Notes under the pieces: model-generated
Databases searched by the model: none
Seen by the model: the letters and a program-made list of their open reading frames with translations, nothing else
Told to the model about the DNA's origin: nothing
Position numbers and translations under genes: made by a program
Virus record (IMG/VR): IMGVR_UViG_3300043422_000086
Coordinates: 4,183 to 68,182 of that record
Strand: one strand, 5' to 3'
DNA length: 64,000 nt
Source of the DNA: a virus
Lineage: Duplodnaviria; Caudoviricetes
Shown here: piece by piece, positions 54,295 through 62,803 of the stretch
Layout: each line of letters starts with the position of its first letter
How positions within the stretch are numbered: position 1 is the stretch's first letter

Positions 54295-55932
54295 TTATTT
54301 GTTTTCTAATAATGAAAATATAGCTGCTTTAAGTTCGTCTATTTCTTTTTGCTGTTCTTTCATTGCTTCTACTAAAACTGCCACCATATTTTGATATTTA
54401 ACTGATTTATAACCTGCTTCGTCAGTAGAAACTAATTCTGGAATACTTTCTTCTAATTCTTGTGCAATAAAACCAATATTATCTTTTGTGCCTGTGTCAA
54501 TTCTATCATAAACAACACCTTTAGAATTTAATATTTTATCTAACGGGTTTTTAATAGATCTTATGTTTTCTTTTACTCTAGCATCTGAAAAAGCAGTAAC
54601 ATCGCCAGAAGAATAAACTTCACCAAATGATACTTTACCTCCAGTTGAAGACCAAACGTCATTATACGCTGAAGAACTAGGAGAAACTGTATCACCGTAT
54701 AAAGAATAAGAACTTGTTCTTAAAGTTGGTGAAATTGCATGTGATGAATATAAAAAGTAATTTCCGCCACCTCTAACCCATACTACTTCTTCAGAAGAAT
54801 TATGCATTTGTCTAATACCACCAATAGGCGACATACCTGATACAAATCTATAGTTATATGAATCTATCAATCTTACGGTGTCATTTGTACCCCAACCATT
54901 ACCATTGGCATACCATATTAATTTAACTGAAAATCCAGCAGGATGCGTTGACCATGAAGGTGCATTTGAATTTAAAGCAACTCTGATCGATAATTTATAT
55001 AAAGTATTAGTTCCTAAACCTATAGTGATTGGATAATATGTGTTTGGATCTAAACCGGCTGTATTAATAGTATATCCGTATTCTATATCTCCATTTGCAC
55101 CGGCTGCTCCATTAACTCCCGATGAACCACTCGAACCTGAAGTTCCATTAACACCAGATGAACCGCTTGAGCCTGAAGTTCCATTAACACCAGATGAACC
55201 GCTTGAACCTGAAGTTCCTGAAACGCCTGAAGTTCCACTACTACCAGATGAACCTGAAGTTCCTGAAACGCCTGAAGTTCCACTACTACCAGATGAACCT
55301 GAAGTTCCTGAAACGCCTGAAGTTCCACTTGAGCCATTAGTTCCATTGATTCCTGAAGTTCCGCTTGAACCGTTAGTTCCTGAAGTTCCATTGATTCCTG
55401 AAGTTCCACTTGAACCATTAGTTCCAGAAGTTCCATTGATTCCTGAAGTTCCGCTTGAACCTGAAGTTCCTGAAACACCTGAAGTTCCACTTGAACCATT
55501 AGTTCCAGAAGTTCCATTGATTCCTGAAGTTCCGCTCGAACCATTGGTTCCAGAAGTTCCTGAAACACCTGAAGTTCCACTTGAACCATTAGTTCCATTG
55601 ATTCCAGAAGTTCCATTAATTCCACTTGAGCCGTTAGTTCCATTTATACCAGAAGTTCCATTGATTCCGCTTGAACCAGAAGTTCCTGAAACACCTGAGG
55701 TTCCATTAATTCCGCTTGATCCATTAGTTCCATTTGATCCTAATATACCGTCAACTCCACTTGAACCTGAAGTTCCTGCAGTTCCGCTTAAACCAGAAGT
55801 TCCTGCTGTTCCACTTGAGCCAGATGTATTTGTTGCATTTACAGAATTAACTGATTCTATAGCTGTTATTTTATTATTAATAGCTAATAAACGACCTTCG
55901 AGATCTTTAATTTGATTAATGTTTGCCTTCAT
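54295..55932 (-). CDS. Collagen-like Gly-Ser/Thr tail fibre with peptidase S74 chaperone
   Basis: GTS/GSS/GIN repeats; SDARVKENI..GFIAQE..VKYQNMVAVLVEAMKE; start moved to MKAN after late box. Confidence 0.85.
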   Translation of the reverse strand: MKANINQIKDLEGRLLAINNKITAIESVNSVNATNTSGSSGTAGTSGLSGTAGTSGSSGVDGILGSNGTNGSSGINGTSGVSGTSGSSGINGTSGINGTNGSSGINGTSGINGTNGSSGTSGVSGTSGTNGSSGTSGINGTSGTNGSSGTSGVSGTSGSSGTSGINGTSGTNGSSGTSGINGTSGTNGSSGTSGINGTNGSSGTSGVSGTSGSSGSSGTSGVSGTSGSSGSSGTSGVSGTSGSSGSSGVNGTSGSSGSSGVNGTSGSSGSSGVNGAAGANGDIEYGYTINTAGLDPNTYYPITIGLGTNTLYKLSIRVALNSNAPSWSTHPAGFSVKLIWYANGNGWGTNDTVRLIDSYNYRFVSGMSPIGGIRQMHNSSEEVVWVRGGGNYFLYSSHAISPTLRTSSYSLYGDTVSPSSSAYNDVWSSTGGKVSFGEVYSSGDVTAFSDARVKENIRSIKNPLDKILNSKGVVYDRIDTGTKDNIGFIAQELEESIPELVSTDEAGYKSVKYQNMVAVLVEAMKEQQKEIDELKAAIFSLLENK

Positions 55933-56131
55933 GCTTATTTCACAATATTGTTTGTCTATATATTCATTTTTTAAAGTCTTAATTTTAGATTGTAATGATT
56001 TAATAAAATATAACAATTTTTAAACAACTTTCAAAAACAGTAGAACCTGATAAACAACTTGTTGTACTTTTTTGATAAATGACTAAACACACTAGTGATT
56101 TTCAATTATATAGTATATAAACAATCTTAAA

Positions 56132-56422
56132 ATGAAAAACAATATCAAACACATCGCCTTTTTTATCGGATTATCTTCGATTGCATTTTTAGTTTTGTCT
56201 TCTGGCAAAAAATGCGAAGAAGTTAAATCTGTCACAATTAACAAACCTCAAATCGTTGAAACTATTGACATCAAATCAAATTCCATTCAACGCAAAAAAG
56301 CCTCTAAATTAAATTCAGAGGCTTCTATTTCTAATCAAAAAGTTTATACAATGTCAATGTTTACTAATGAAGACATTGATTCAATTGCAAATGAAGTAAT
56401 TCAATTACCCGAAGAAGATTAA
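56132..56422 (+). CDS. Membrane-anchored hypothetical protein
   Basis: N-terminal signal/TM; fills gap. Confidence 0.55.
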   Translation: MKNNIKHIAFFIGLSSIAFLVLSSGKKCEEVKSVTINKPQIVETIDIKSNSIQRKKASKLNSEASISNQKVYTMSMFTNEDIDSIANEVIQLPEED

Positions 56423-57507
56423 ATCTTCGGGTTTTTAACGTCTTCGATCCATTCTGGAGTAATTGACAATAAAGTTTCTACAAAAAGATCAATACACGCG
56501 TTAACATCACCTTTGTGTGCCATTTCTACAGTCGTGTGCATGTATTTTAAAGGCGTAGCTAAGATAGCTGTTGGTGTATTTTCTAAAAAGAATGACATCG
56601 TATCATTTCCATAGGATCCAACCGTATGTTGAATTTTAATATCATTGGCTTTAGCTATTTCTTTAAATTTATTTAAAATCTTTCTGTGATTTTGTGCAGT
56701 GTATTCGACGCATGGACCATCTCCACCTTTGGTATCGCAATCTTTAGCCTTGTTCATATTAGGGTGTGAAGTGTTATGACAAACGTCATGTACTAAAGCA
56801 ATATCTGCTTGTAATTTTTTAGCGATCATTCTAGCTCCATATAAACCAACTTCTTCTTGAACCGAGTTAACTATATATAAATCATAGGGTAGCTTAATGT
56901 CAGCCTCTGTAATAACTCTAAGCGCTTCGGCTATGATGTAACCGCCGATCTTATTGTCTAATGATCTTCCAACGTAATAGTCTCCAAGCTCACTAAATTG
57001 ATCATCAAACGTTGCGATGCATCCGACTTCAACACCAAGTTCTCTAACCTTTTCAGCTGAATCTACACCTAAATCTAACCAAAGTTCATGTTGTTCTGGT
57101 CCCATTTCGGTGTATTTGTCTCTGACATGAACAGCTGGAGAACCAAAAAGAGCTCTAACTTTTGTGTTGTCGTGAGTGTGAATTAAAACGGTTTTAGAAG
57201 CTGCGATCATATTATCAGATCCGCCGTGTCTTTTAACTCTAACATAACCATCTGATTCGATGTGAGTAATCATCCATGCAATTTCATCGCAATGGGCTTC
57301 GATCACTACTTTGTAAGGCTCGCCTAATCTAGATGAAAGATCCGGCTGTGTACCTTTACGAAGAGCATAAGCTGTGCCGTAAGCATCTAATTTGACATCA
57401 TTGGTAAATTGTTTAATGTAATCTGTCCAGATTTTTTGGCCTTGGGTTTCTTGGCCAACTGGTGCATACGCATTTAAGTATGCATATAAGAATTCTGTGT
57501 TTTGCAT
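56419..57507 (-). CDS. M42 family metallo-aminopeptidase
   Basis: AHCDEI, LDNKIG, VQEEVGLYGA, HDV, YMHTTVE. Confidence 0.9.
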   Translation of the reverse strand: MQNTEFLYAYLNAYAPVGQETQGQKIWTDYIKQFTNDVKLDAYGTAYALRKGTQPDLSSRLGEPYKVVIEAHCDEIAWMITHIESDGYVRVKRHGGSDNMIAASKTVLIHTHDNTKVRALFGSPAVHVRDKYTEMGPEQHELWLDLGVDSAEKVRELGVEVGCIATFDDQFSELGDYYVGRSLDNKIGGYIIAEALRVITEADIKLPYDLYIVNSVQEEVGLYGARMIAKKLQADIALVHDVCHNTSHPNMNKAKDCDTKGGDGPCVEYTAQNHRKILNKFKEIAKANDIKIQHTVGSYGNDTMSFFLENTPTAILATPLKYMHTTVEMAHKGDVNACIDLFVETLLSITPEWIEDVKNPKI

Positions 57508-57523
57508 ATTGGTAAAAGTTTAG

Positions 57524-57597
57524 TAGGCAATGTAAGACTCGAACTTACGACCTCCTCGGTATCAGCGAGGCGCTCTAACCAACTGAGCTAAATGCCT
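57524..57597 (-). tRNA. trnI: tRNA-Ile(GAT)
   Basis: cctcg-ctGATac-cgagg cloverleaf. Confidence 0.92.
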
Positions 57598-57759
57598 GAA
57601 TTTGGAAGGTCACCAACAGCACCTTCCTTGGTAGTTTTAGGAATAATTGACATTCCAAGGTTTCGAATTGTTTAACGTCTTGTTCTAAAAGACTCAACGA
57701 CTGTTGCATCGTCGCCGCACGAGACTACTTCTACCTTAACGCGTACTGGTTTTAAGCTG

Positions 57760-57831
57760 CTGAGATGGTAGGATTCGAACCTACGACCAATTGATTAACA
57801 GTCAACTGCGCTACCACTGCGCTACATCTCA
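57760..57831 (-). tRNA. trnN: tRNA-Asn(GTT)
   Basis: gttga-ctGTTaa-tcaat. Confidence 0.92.
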
Positions 57832-57836
57832 ATTTA

Positions 57837-58373
57837 TTAATAAAGAATATCTATAACTTCTGATCTTAGATCGGTTTGTTTAGCAAAAGCTTCTGTTTCC
57901 CACGGTCTAACATCATAAGCTGGTAATTCTTTAACTTGATAAACTTTTTTATCAAAAATCAATTGATTATTATTACGATCAATTATTAAATTGCCTGAAC
58001 TATATTGCTGTAGATGTATTAGTTCATGTGAAATAATTTCTAAAGCATAATTTCTATCAACTTCTTTAATAAAAATAATGTAACCATTTTCAATGCACAC
58101 TATATGTGCTTTTAATTCTAAATCTTGTGTTGGCTGAACTTCTAAAGGTAATATTAAAACTGAAGTCTTGTCGATTTTTAAAGCATGTAAACCTGCTAAA
58201 ACTAAAGTATCTAAGTACTTCATGTTTGTTTTATTCTTAACAAAATTAGATTCAGTAAAAGTAACTTTGTTAAACGGTTTGTCTTCATTAGCTTTATTTA
58301 TTAACCAGATAGTTAAAGCCATGGCCAACATCGATATTAATATTATCAATGTTGCTTTCAGTTTTTTGTTCAT
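57837..58373 (-). CDS. Membrane-anchored HExxH metallopeptidase-like protein
   Basis: SHELIHLQQY...RPWETEA. Confidence 0.65.
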   Translation of the reverse strand: MNKKLKATLIILISMLAMALTIWLINKANEDKPFNKVTFTESNFVKNKTNMKYLDTLVLAGLHALKIDKTSVLILPLEVQPTQDLELKAHIVCIENGYIIFIKEVDRNYALEIISHELIHLQQYSSGNLIIDRNNNQLIFDKKVYQVKELPAYDVRPWETEAFAKQTDLRSEVIDILY

Positions 58374-58384
58374 TTACATTATTT

Positions 58385-59029
58385 TTATATAATTTTTCTA
58401 CCTAATCTCCATCCTTCAGGTATTATATCACCTTTATTGATTTTTTTAGATTCTATTTCATTTGTTATCCAACACTTTCCATATTGAGAGTTATTAGATC
58501 CTTTTTGTTTAATAGAGTTAGCTGCTCCTATTTTTACCTTTGTTTCTTCTGAATGAGATTTACCTTCGAAGTTGTTATATTTAAATTTACTTTCAGAATG
58601 AAGTTTTTTAAATTTTATTCTTTGAATATCTGCAAATTCTTTATAAAAAATTGAATCGTTTTTGATTTTATTACCAAATGCTTTACCACCAGCTAAAGAC
58701 CTATTTCTCTGTTGTTCTTCTGAAATAAAACCTAAACCGCCGATTCCACCGACTTTAAGATTCATACAAAGCTCTTCGTTAATTAATTCGATATTAACTA
58801 ATTCTTTTTCTCTATCAGCTAATTCTGTTCTATTAGGTAAGAATTCTAATATTTCACAAACATGATTGTCTTTACCGTGTTTATTGATTGAATACCAAAG
58901 TCTTTTACCTGAACCGATATATCCGTCTTCTAGATTATCGGTTGAGTGCATTCCAATATAAAACTTATTTGTAATAATACACGTTGTTTTATAAATGTAA
59001 TGATATTTTCTTCTTGATGCTCTTTCCAT
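58385..59029 (-). CDS. GIY-YIG homing endonuclease (Seg-like, NUMOD3)
   Basis: YIYKTT...FYIGMH...YIGSG; GKSHSEETK; WITN..GWRLGR. Confidence 0.85.
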   Translation of the reverse strand: MERASRRKYHYIYKTTCIITNKFYIGMHSTDNLEDGYIGSGKRLWYSINKHGKDNHVCEILEFLPNRTELADREKELVNIELINEELCMNLKVGGIGGLGFISEEQQRNRSLAGGKAFGNKIKNDSIFYKEFADIQRIKFKKLHSESKFKYNNFEGKSHSEETKVKIGAANSIKQKGSNNSQYGKCWITNEIESKKINKGDIIPEGWRLGRKII

Positions 59030-59052
59030 GGATATTTAGATGTTTTTATAAT

Positions 59053-59061
59053 CTATATATC
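59053..59061 (-). promoter_or_regulatory. Late-type box (class L)
   Basis: GATATATAG upstream of GIY-YIG. Confidence 0.5.
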
Positions 59062-59089
59062 CACAGAAAGTGGCAAAAAGGTTAGAGTG

Positions 59090-59161
59090 CGGTCCCACGG
59101 AGAATCGAACTCCGAACTCAGCCGTGACAGGGCTGCATTATAGCCGTTTAACTATGAGACC
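59090..59161 (-). tRNA. trnD: tRNA-Asp(GTC)
   Basis: cagcc-ctGTCac-ggctg. Confidence 0.9.
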
Positions 59162-59282
59162 ATTTGACTTTACATTTCAAAGTCTAAGTAGGTTTGCGAA
59201 AACTTTCCTTCCGTGATTGCTTCATTTTTTTACGGGTCTGTTATATCACATTTAATGCATTGACCATATACATTAGCATTCG

Positions 59283-59354
59283 TAGCCCGTAGGGGAGTCG
59301 AACCCCTCTTTCCAGGATGAAAACCTGACGACCTAACCGATAGTCGAACGGGCC
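59283..59354 (-). tRNA. trnE: tRNA-Glu(TTC)
   Basis: tcagg-ttTTCat-cctgg. Confidence 0.9.
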
Positions 59355-59363
59355 AAAATTTAG

Positions 59364-59438
59364 TTGCGAGAGAGGGATTCGAACCCCCGACCTCCAGGTT
59401 ATGAGCCTGGCGAGCTGACCAACTGCTACTATCTCGCT
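59364..59438 (-). tRNA. trnM: tRNA-Met(CAT), initiator-like (1:72 mismatch)
   Basis: ccagg-ctCATaa-cctgg; A1/A72. Confidence 0.8.
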
Positions 59439-59447
59439 ATATGTTTC

Positions 59448-59474
59448 TTATATATCAACCTAATAAAAGGTTTC
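59448..59474 (-). promoter_or_regulatory. Class M promoter inside tRNA array (overlaps a class L box)
   Basis: GAAAC-N17-TATAA. Confidence 0.55.
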
Positions 59475-59481
59475 AATTTAG

Positions 59482-59552
59482 TTACCCGAGCAGGATTCGA
59501 ACCTACACGAACAGAATCAAAATCTGTGATGCTACCTTTACATCATCGGGCA
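59482..59552 (-). tRNA. trnQ: tRNA-Gln(TTG)
   Basis: acaga-ttTTGat-tctgt. Confidence 0.9.
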
Positions 59553-59556
59553 ATTG

Positions 59557-60099
59557 TTATCTTTCTAACTTTTTAATACATTCATTGACTTTGTCTCTGA
59601 GTCTACCACCGTAACCATGATCTCCATCAACTTGAACGTGTCTCCACATTGGCTCTCGAGGTGTCATCCATTTAAAAGCTTCACTTAAATTTAAATCATC
59701 GATTGCAATCCAATTTGAAACTTTATTATCTTTGACCCATTTTAAAATTTGTGTAGCTCTTTCAAAATCAATCGAAGGTCTACTCATTTTATTCCATGCA
59801 CCTGTTTGATATGCATTTTGATGGGTTGTAATATCAATGATATTAGCTGTGATTCCGTAGTATTGAAATATGTGCTTTAATTGAATAAAACTAAAATGCA
59901 TTTTCCAATCTGAACTAATAACTAATTCTGCATCAGTTTCATCACATATTTTTTGTAAAGCTTCACAATCTTCTTTAACCCAAGGATATGGAATTTGAAA
60001 TTCAAAATGCGATCCTTCTCTGATAGTAACTTTACCATCATCCCATGTTGCCCAAGCCAATGGACCATCTACGTCAATAAAAATTACTTTCTTTTTCAT
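59557..60099 (-). CDS. HAD phosphatase (Swiss-Army-knife RNA-repair-type)
   Basis: FIDVDGP, VISSDW, WIAIDD. Confidence 0.8.
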   Translation of the reverse strand: MKKKVIFIDVDGPLAWATWDDGKVTIREGSHFEFQIPYPWVKEDCEALQKICDETDAELVISSDWKMHFSFIQLKHIFQYYGITANIIDITTHQNAYQTGAWNKMSRPSIDFERATQILKWVKDNKVSNWIAIDDLNLSEAFKWMTPREPMWRHVQVDGDHGYGGRLRDKVNECIKKLER

Positions 60100-60117
60100 G
60101 ATTTATATATTTTAATA

Positions 60118-60160
60118 TGGCGGAAGCTACAGGATTCGAACCTGTGGGGCCGTGAAGCCC
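60118..60160 (-). pseudogene. 3' half of a tRNA-Ser (variable arm, T arm, acceptor 3' strand, G73, CCA)
   Basis: gggcttcacggcccc-acagg-ttcgaat-cctgt-agcttcc-g-cca; no adjacent 5' half. Confidence 0.7.
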
Positions 60161-60163
60161 ATT

Positions 60164-60886
60164 TTATAATATTCCTAATTTTATCAAATTGACTTTTTCC
60201 CAGATTATTAATTTTTCAGGAAATTGAGACCATTTACATAAATCTAATTCGGTTTTATATCCTTTAACTTCAATGTATGAATTCCAATCTTCAACATAAA
60301 AATCAGGTTTGTATGTTGATTTTTTGCCACATGGTTTAATATAATCAAATCTATTAGTTGGTCTGGACCATTTTACACCAATAGAATCTAGATATATTGC
60401 AACCTTTAATTCCCATGTTCCATCTACTTTAATTTTACCAGCAACGTTACTCTCATATTCATATTTTTTACTTCTTCCGCAAATCGCATCCCAACCAGAT
60501 GCGTATTGAGCTTTCATTCTTTCGCTAACCTGCTTTGAAAAAGCAGATATAGCTTCTTTAGTCCATGGAATTCTATCATAGGCTTTTAAGCTATCAGATA
60601 ATTTTTGCTTAATTTCTAATGCCCTATCTGCGCCATAAATTTCTTCAAATGATTTTCCTTTCTGCCATCCACCTCTTTTACCAGGATGAGTTTTCCTTCT
60701 TATAGAACGAGGACCTCTACCATCGCATGATTTAATATGTTTTTGTATACTTGCTTTAATTTCATATCCACACTTTTCGCATTTATATAATTCTTTTTTA
60801 TGCTTTATATTTCCACATGTTTTTTCGTGATTTGTTTTAGATGCTCTTGTAGTAAATATTTTATTACATTTTTCACACTGGTACAT
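60164..60886 (-). CDS. Zn-finger + PD-(D/E)XK free-standing (homing-type) endonuclease
   Basis: Two CxxC..H..C fingers, GKSFEEIYG, YKPDFY...IEVKGY. Confidence 0.8.
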   Translation of the reverse strand: MYQCEKCNKIFTTRASKTNHEKTCGNIKHKKELYKCEKCGYEIKASIQKHIKSCDGRGPRSIRRKTHPGKRGGWQKGKSFEEIYGADRALEIKQKLSDSLKAYDRIPWTKEAISAFSKQVSERMKAQYASGWDAICGRSKKYEYESNVAGKIKVDGTWELKVAIYLDSIGVKWSRPTNRFDYIKPCGKKSTYKPDFYVEDWNSYIEVKGYKTELDLCKWSQFPEKLIIWEKVNLIKLGIL

Positions 60887-60907
60887 ACTTATTAAAGTTT
60901 ATTTTAA

Positions 60908-60916
60908 TTATATATC
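60908..60916 (-). promoter_or_regulatory. Late-type box (class L)
   Basis: GATATATAA upstream of PD-(D/E)XK endonuclease. Confidence 0.5.
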
Positions 60917-60958
60917 TCTTAAAGATGCACAAAAAACCACTCTATGATAATTCTAAAG

Positions 60959-61044
60959 TAGAGAGTGAGGGGCTCGAACCCTCGCGGCTTTGACACCCTA
61001 AAGATTTAGCAAATCGCACCCTTCACCAACTTGGGTAACTCTCT
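60959..61044 (-). tRNA. trnS: tRNA-Ser(GCT), imperfect anticodon stem
   Basis: agagagt/actctct; ttGCTaa; long variable arm. Confidence 0.75.
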
Positions 61045-61046
61045 AT

Positions 61047-61123
61047 TGGGGTGATTAATGGGGCTCGAACCCATACTAGCAGAATCACAATCTGACGTGC
61101 TAACCATTAACACTATAACCACC
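61047..61123 (-). tRNA. trnH: tRNA-His(GTG) with encoded G-1 and CCA
   Basis: g-gtggtta/taatcac-c-cca; ttGTGat. Confidence 0.92.
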
Positions 61124-61132
61124 ATATAATTG

Positions 61133-61213
61133 TAGCCTAGGAGAGACTCGAACTCTCACGTCTTTCGACACTGGTTTCTAAGACCAGCACGGTTACCATT
61201 ACGTCACTAGGCT
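61133..61213 (-). tRNA. trnL: tRNA-Leu(TAG)
   Basis: ctggt-ctTAGaa-accag; variable arm gtcgaaagac. Confidence 0.9.
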
Positions 61214-61308
61214 ATAAAGCCAATCCCGTAGATTGGCCGCTCAACTTTAGGTATCGAGTTTGCAAGAATAAATCTCTGACCAGTGCATGCGTCCTTTGGG
61301 CGCCGCTG

Positions 61309-61383
61309 TGCCTTCTACAGGATTCGAACCTGTGACCCTCTCGGTGTAAACGAGATGCTCTGAACCAACTGAGCTAAGAAAGC
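61309..61383 (-). tRNA. trnV: tRNA-Val(TAC)
   Basis: tctcg-ttTACac-cgaga. Confidence 0.92.
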
Positions 61384-61490
61384 ATGGAGCTTCATGTAGT
61401 TCACAACTAATAATCATATTGGATTATTCATTTACGTCTGCAACAGCTTTTAACTGAGAGATTGCAGAATTGTGCATGAAGCATTTAATT

Positions 61491-61569
61491 TGGAGCAAAG
61501 ATAGGATTCGAACCTATAACCTAATCTGGCCACATTGCCAGTTGCACGTCCAATTGTGCTTCAAAGCTC
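61491..61569 (-). ncRNA. tRNA-like RNA, 8-nt non-canonical anticodon loop, U-U mismatched acceptor
   Basis: D arm gcac/gtgc, T arm atagg-ttcgaat-cctat. Confidence 0.6.
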
Positions 61570-61578
61570 ATATAACTT

Positions 61579-61627
61579 GGGAAATGGTAGGATTCGAACC
61601 TACGTGACCACCGTTGTCTCATTTCCC
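61579..61627 (-). ncRNA. Mini-tRNA (acceptor + T arm + one small hairpin)
   Basis: gggaaatg/catttccc; gtagg-ttcgaat-cctac. Confidence 0.6.
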
Positions 61628-61632
61628 GTTCG

Positions 61633-61706
61633 TGACCCCGAATGGATTCGAACCATTGACTCCCTCATTAAAAGTGAGGTGCTCTAACCAACTGAGCTAC
61701 GAAGTC
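61633..61706 (-). tRNA. trnK: tRNA-Lys(TTT)
   Basis: cctca-ctTTTaa-tgagg. Confidence 0.92.
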
Positions 61707-61814
61707 TGGTGGAAGCTAATCGCGTTTTTTTAAATAGAACCGGAGCTACCATTAAAACTATTACAAGGATATTCTTATGCGTTATTAAGGACTCTCTTGT
61801 GCTTCCTTTCACAG

Positions 61815-61940
61815 TGACTGTAAGGGGATTCGAACCATGATGATTACTAACTCGCGACACTTTCATCATCTTTCATTAACCTAGTCGTTAGACGTCTGAT
61901 TTACCGGCAGACCTAGTTTTACCATTACTAGTATACAGTC
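61815..61940 (-). ncRNA. tRNA-like RNA with 9-nt anticodon loop and large variable insert
   Basis: gactgta/tacagtc; ctag D stem; gtctg/cagac. Confidence 0.55.
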
Positions 61941-61945
61941 ATTTG

Positions 61946-62019
61946 TTGCGACAATTGGATTTGAACCAATGTCTGTGCCTTATGAGAGCACCGTAAGAAA
62001 CCATCTCTACCATATCGCA
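61946..62019 (-). tRNA. trnM: tRNA-Met(CAT)
   Basis: gtgct-ctCATaa-ggcac. Confidence 0.8.
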
Positions 62020-62027
62020 ATGTGTTG

Positions 62028-62099
62028 TGATTCCTGAATGATTCGAACATTCAATGCTCGGTTCGTAGCCGAGAGGTTTATCCGTTAGCCTAAAGAATC
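62028..62099 (-). tRNA. trnR: tRNA-Arg(ACG)
   Basis: ctcgg-ctACGaa-ccgag. Confidence 0.88.
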
Positions 62100-62163
62100 A
62101 ATGGCATCCCGTTACTCGTGCACGAGCCATGGCATTACGGGACCGATGTTATTCCATATTCTG

Positions 62164-62237
62164 TGGACCAGGCTGGGCTCGAACCAACGACCTACTGATT
62201 ATGAGTCAGGCGCTCTAACCAACTGAGCTACAAGTCC
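62164..62237 (-). tRNA. tRNA(CAT), probably Ile2 (lysidine type) or Met
   Basis: cctga-ctCATaa-tcagt; Ile-like body. Confidence 0.85.
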
Positions 62238-62240
62238 ATT

Positions 62241-62429
62241 AATAATAAGTTGTTCCAGACCATGCTATTAGGAACTATTAGGGCTTCTCGGACGAGGTGC
62301 ACAACCCAACTGGTTATGATATGTTCTCTGTTACTTGGCTTCCACCTAGATTGGAATTAATACACGGGTTTCGAACCCACCTAATCAACGTATGCCTACA
62401 TTAACTTTCACAGCACATCAACTTATTAT
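62241..62429 (-). ncRNA. ~190-nt candidate structured RNA closed by a 12-bp terminal stem, with internal T-loop hairpin
   Basis: aataataagttg/caacttattatt; ggg-ttcgaaa-ccc. Confidence 0.5.
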
Positions 62430-62432
62430 TTG

Positions 62433-62503
62433 CACAAATGGAGAGATTCGAACTCCCATCAACGGTTTTGGAGACCGGCATGCTACCATTGCACCACACT
62501 TGT
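62433..62503 (-). tRNA. trnW: tRNA-Trp(CCA)
   Basis: ccggt-ctCCAaa-accgt. Confidence 0.9.
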
Positions 62504-62651
62504 AAATTTGACTACTATCTGACTCCTTTCGAACTTTCAGGGCTCGTATCATTCAATAATAGTAGTCCAAGGCTGTAGGAGCTCATCTGTACACTTAGGC
62601 TTTTTGTCTTCTCGATTCCGGAATCTTACGACCGTAGCGTCACCTTGTTTG

Positions 62652-62732
62652 TGGGAGCAGTAGGACTCGAACCTACATGCCCGAAGGACCGATTTTACAG
62701 ACCGGCGAGCCAACCAATTGCTCAATACTCCC
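62652..62732 (-). tRNA. trnY: tRNA-Tyr(GTA)
   Basis: ccggt-ctGTAaa-atcgg; variable arm. Confidence 0.9.
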
Positions 62733-62803
62733 AGTTCCAATTTTGATGGGCTCATCTGATAATATGTTTCAATTACCCAGCACTTGAGATTGGGAACTCC
62801 TTG

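Noticed and set aside
55040-55915. 291-aa Pro/Glu/Val-rich ORF on + strand (and 55083-55643 on -)
   Set aside because: Antisense/frame shadows of the GTS/GSS repeat fibre; low-complexity repeats lack stops by construction
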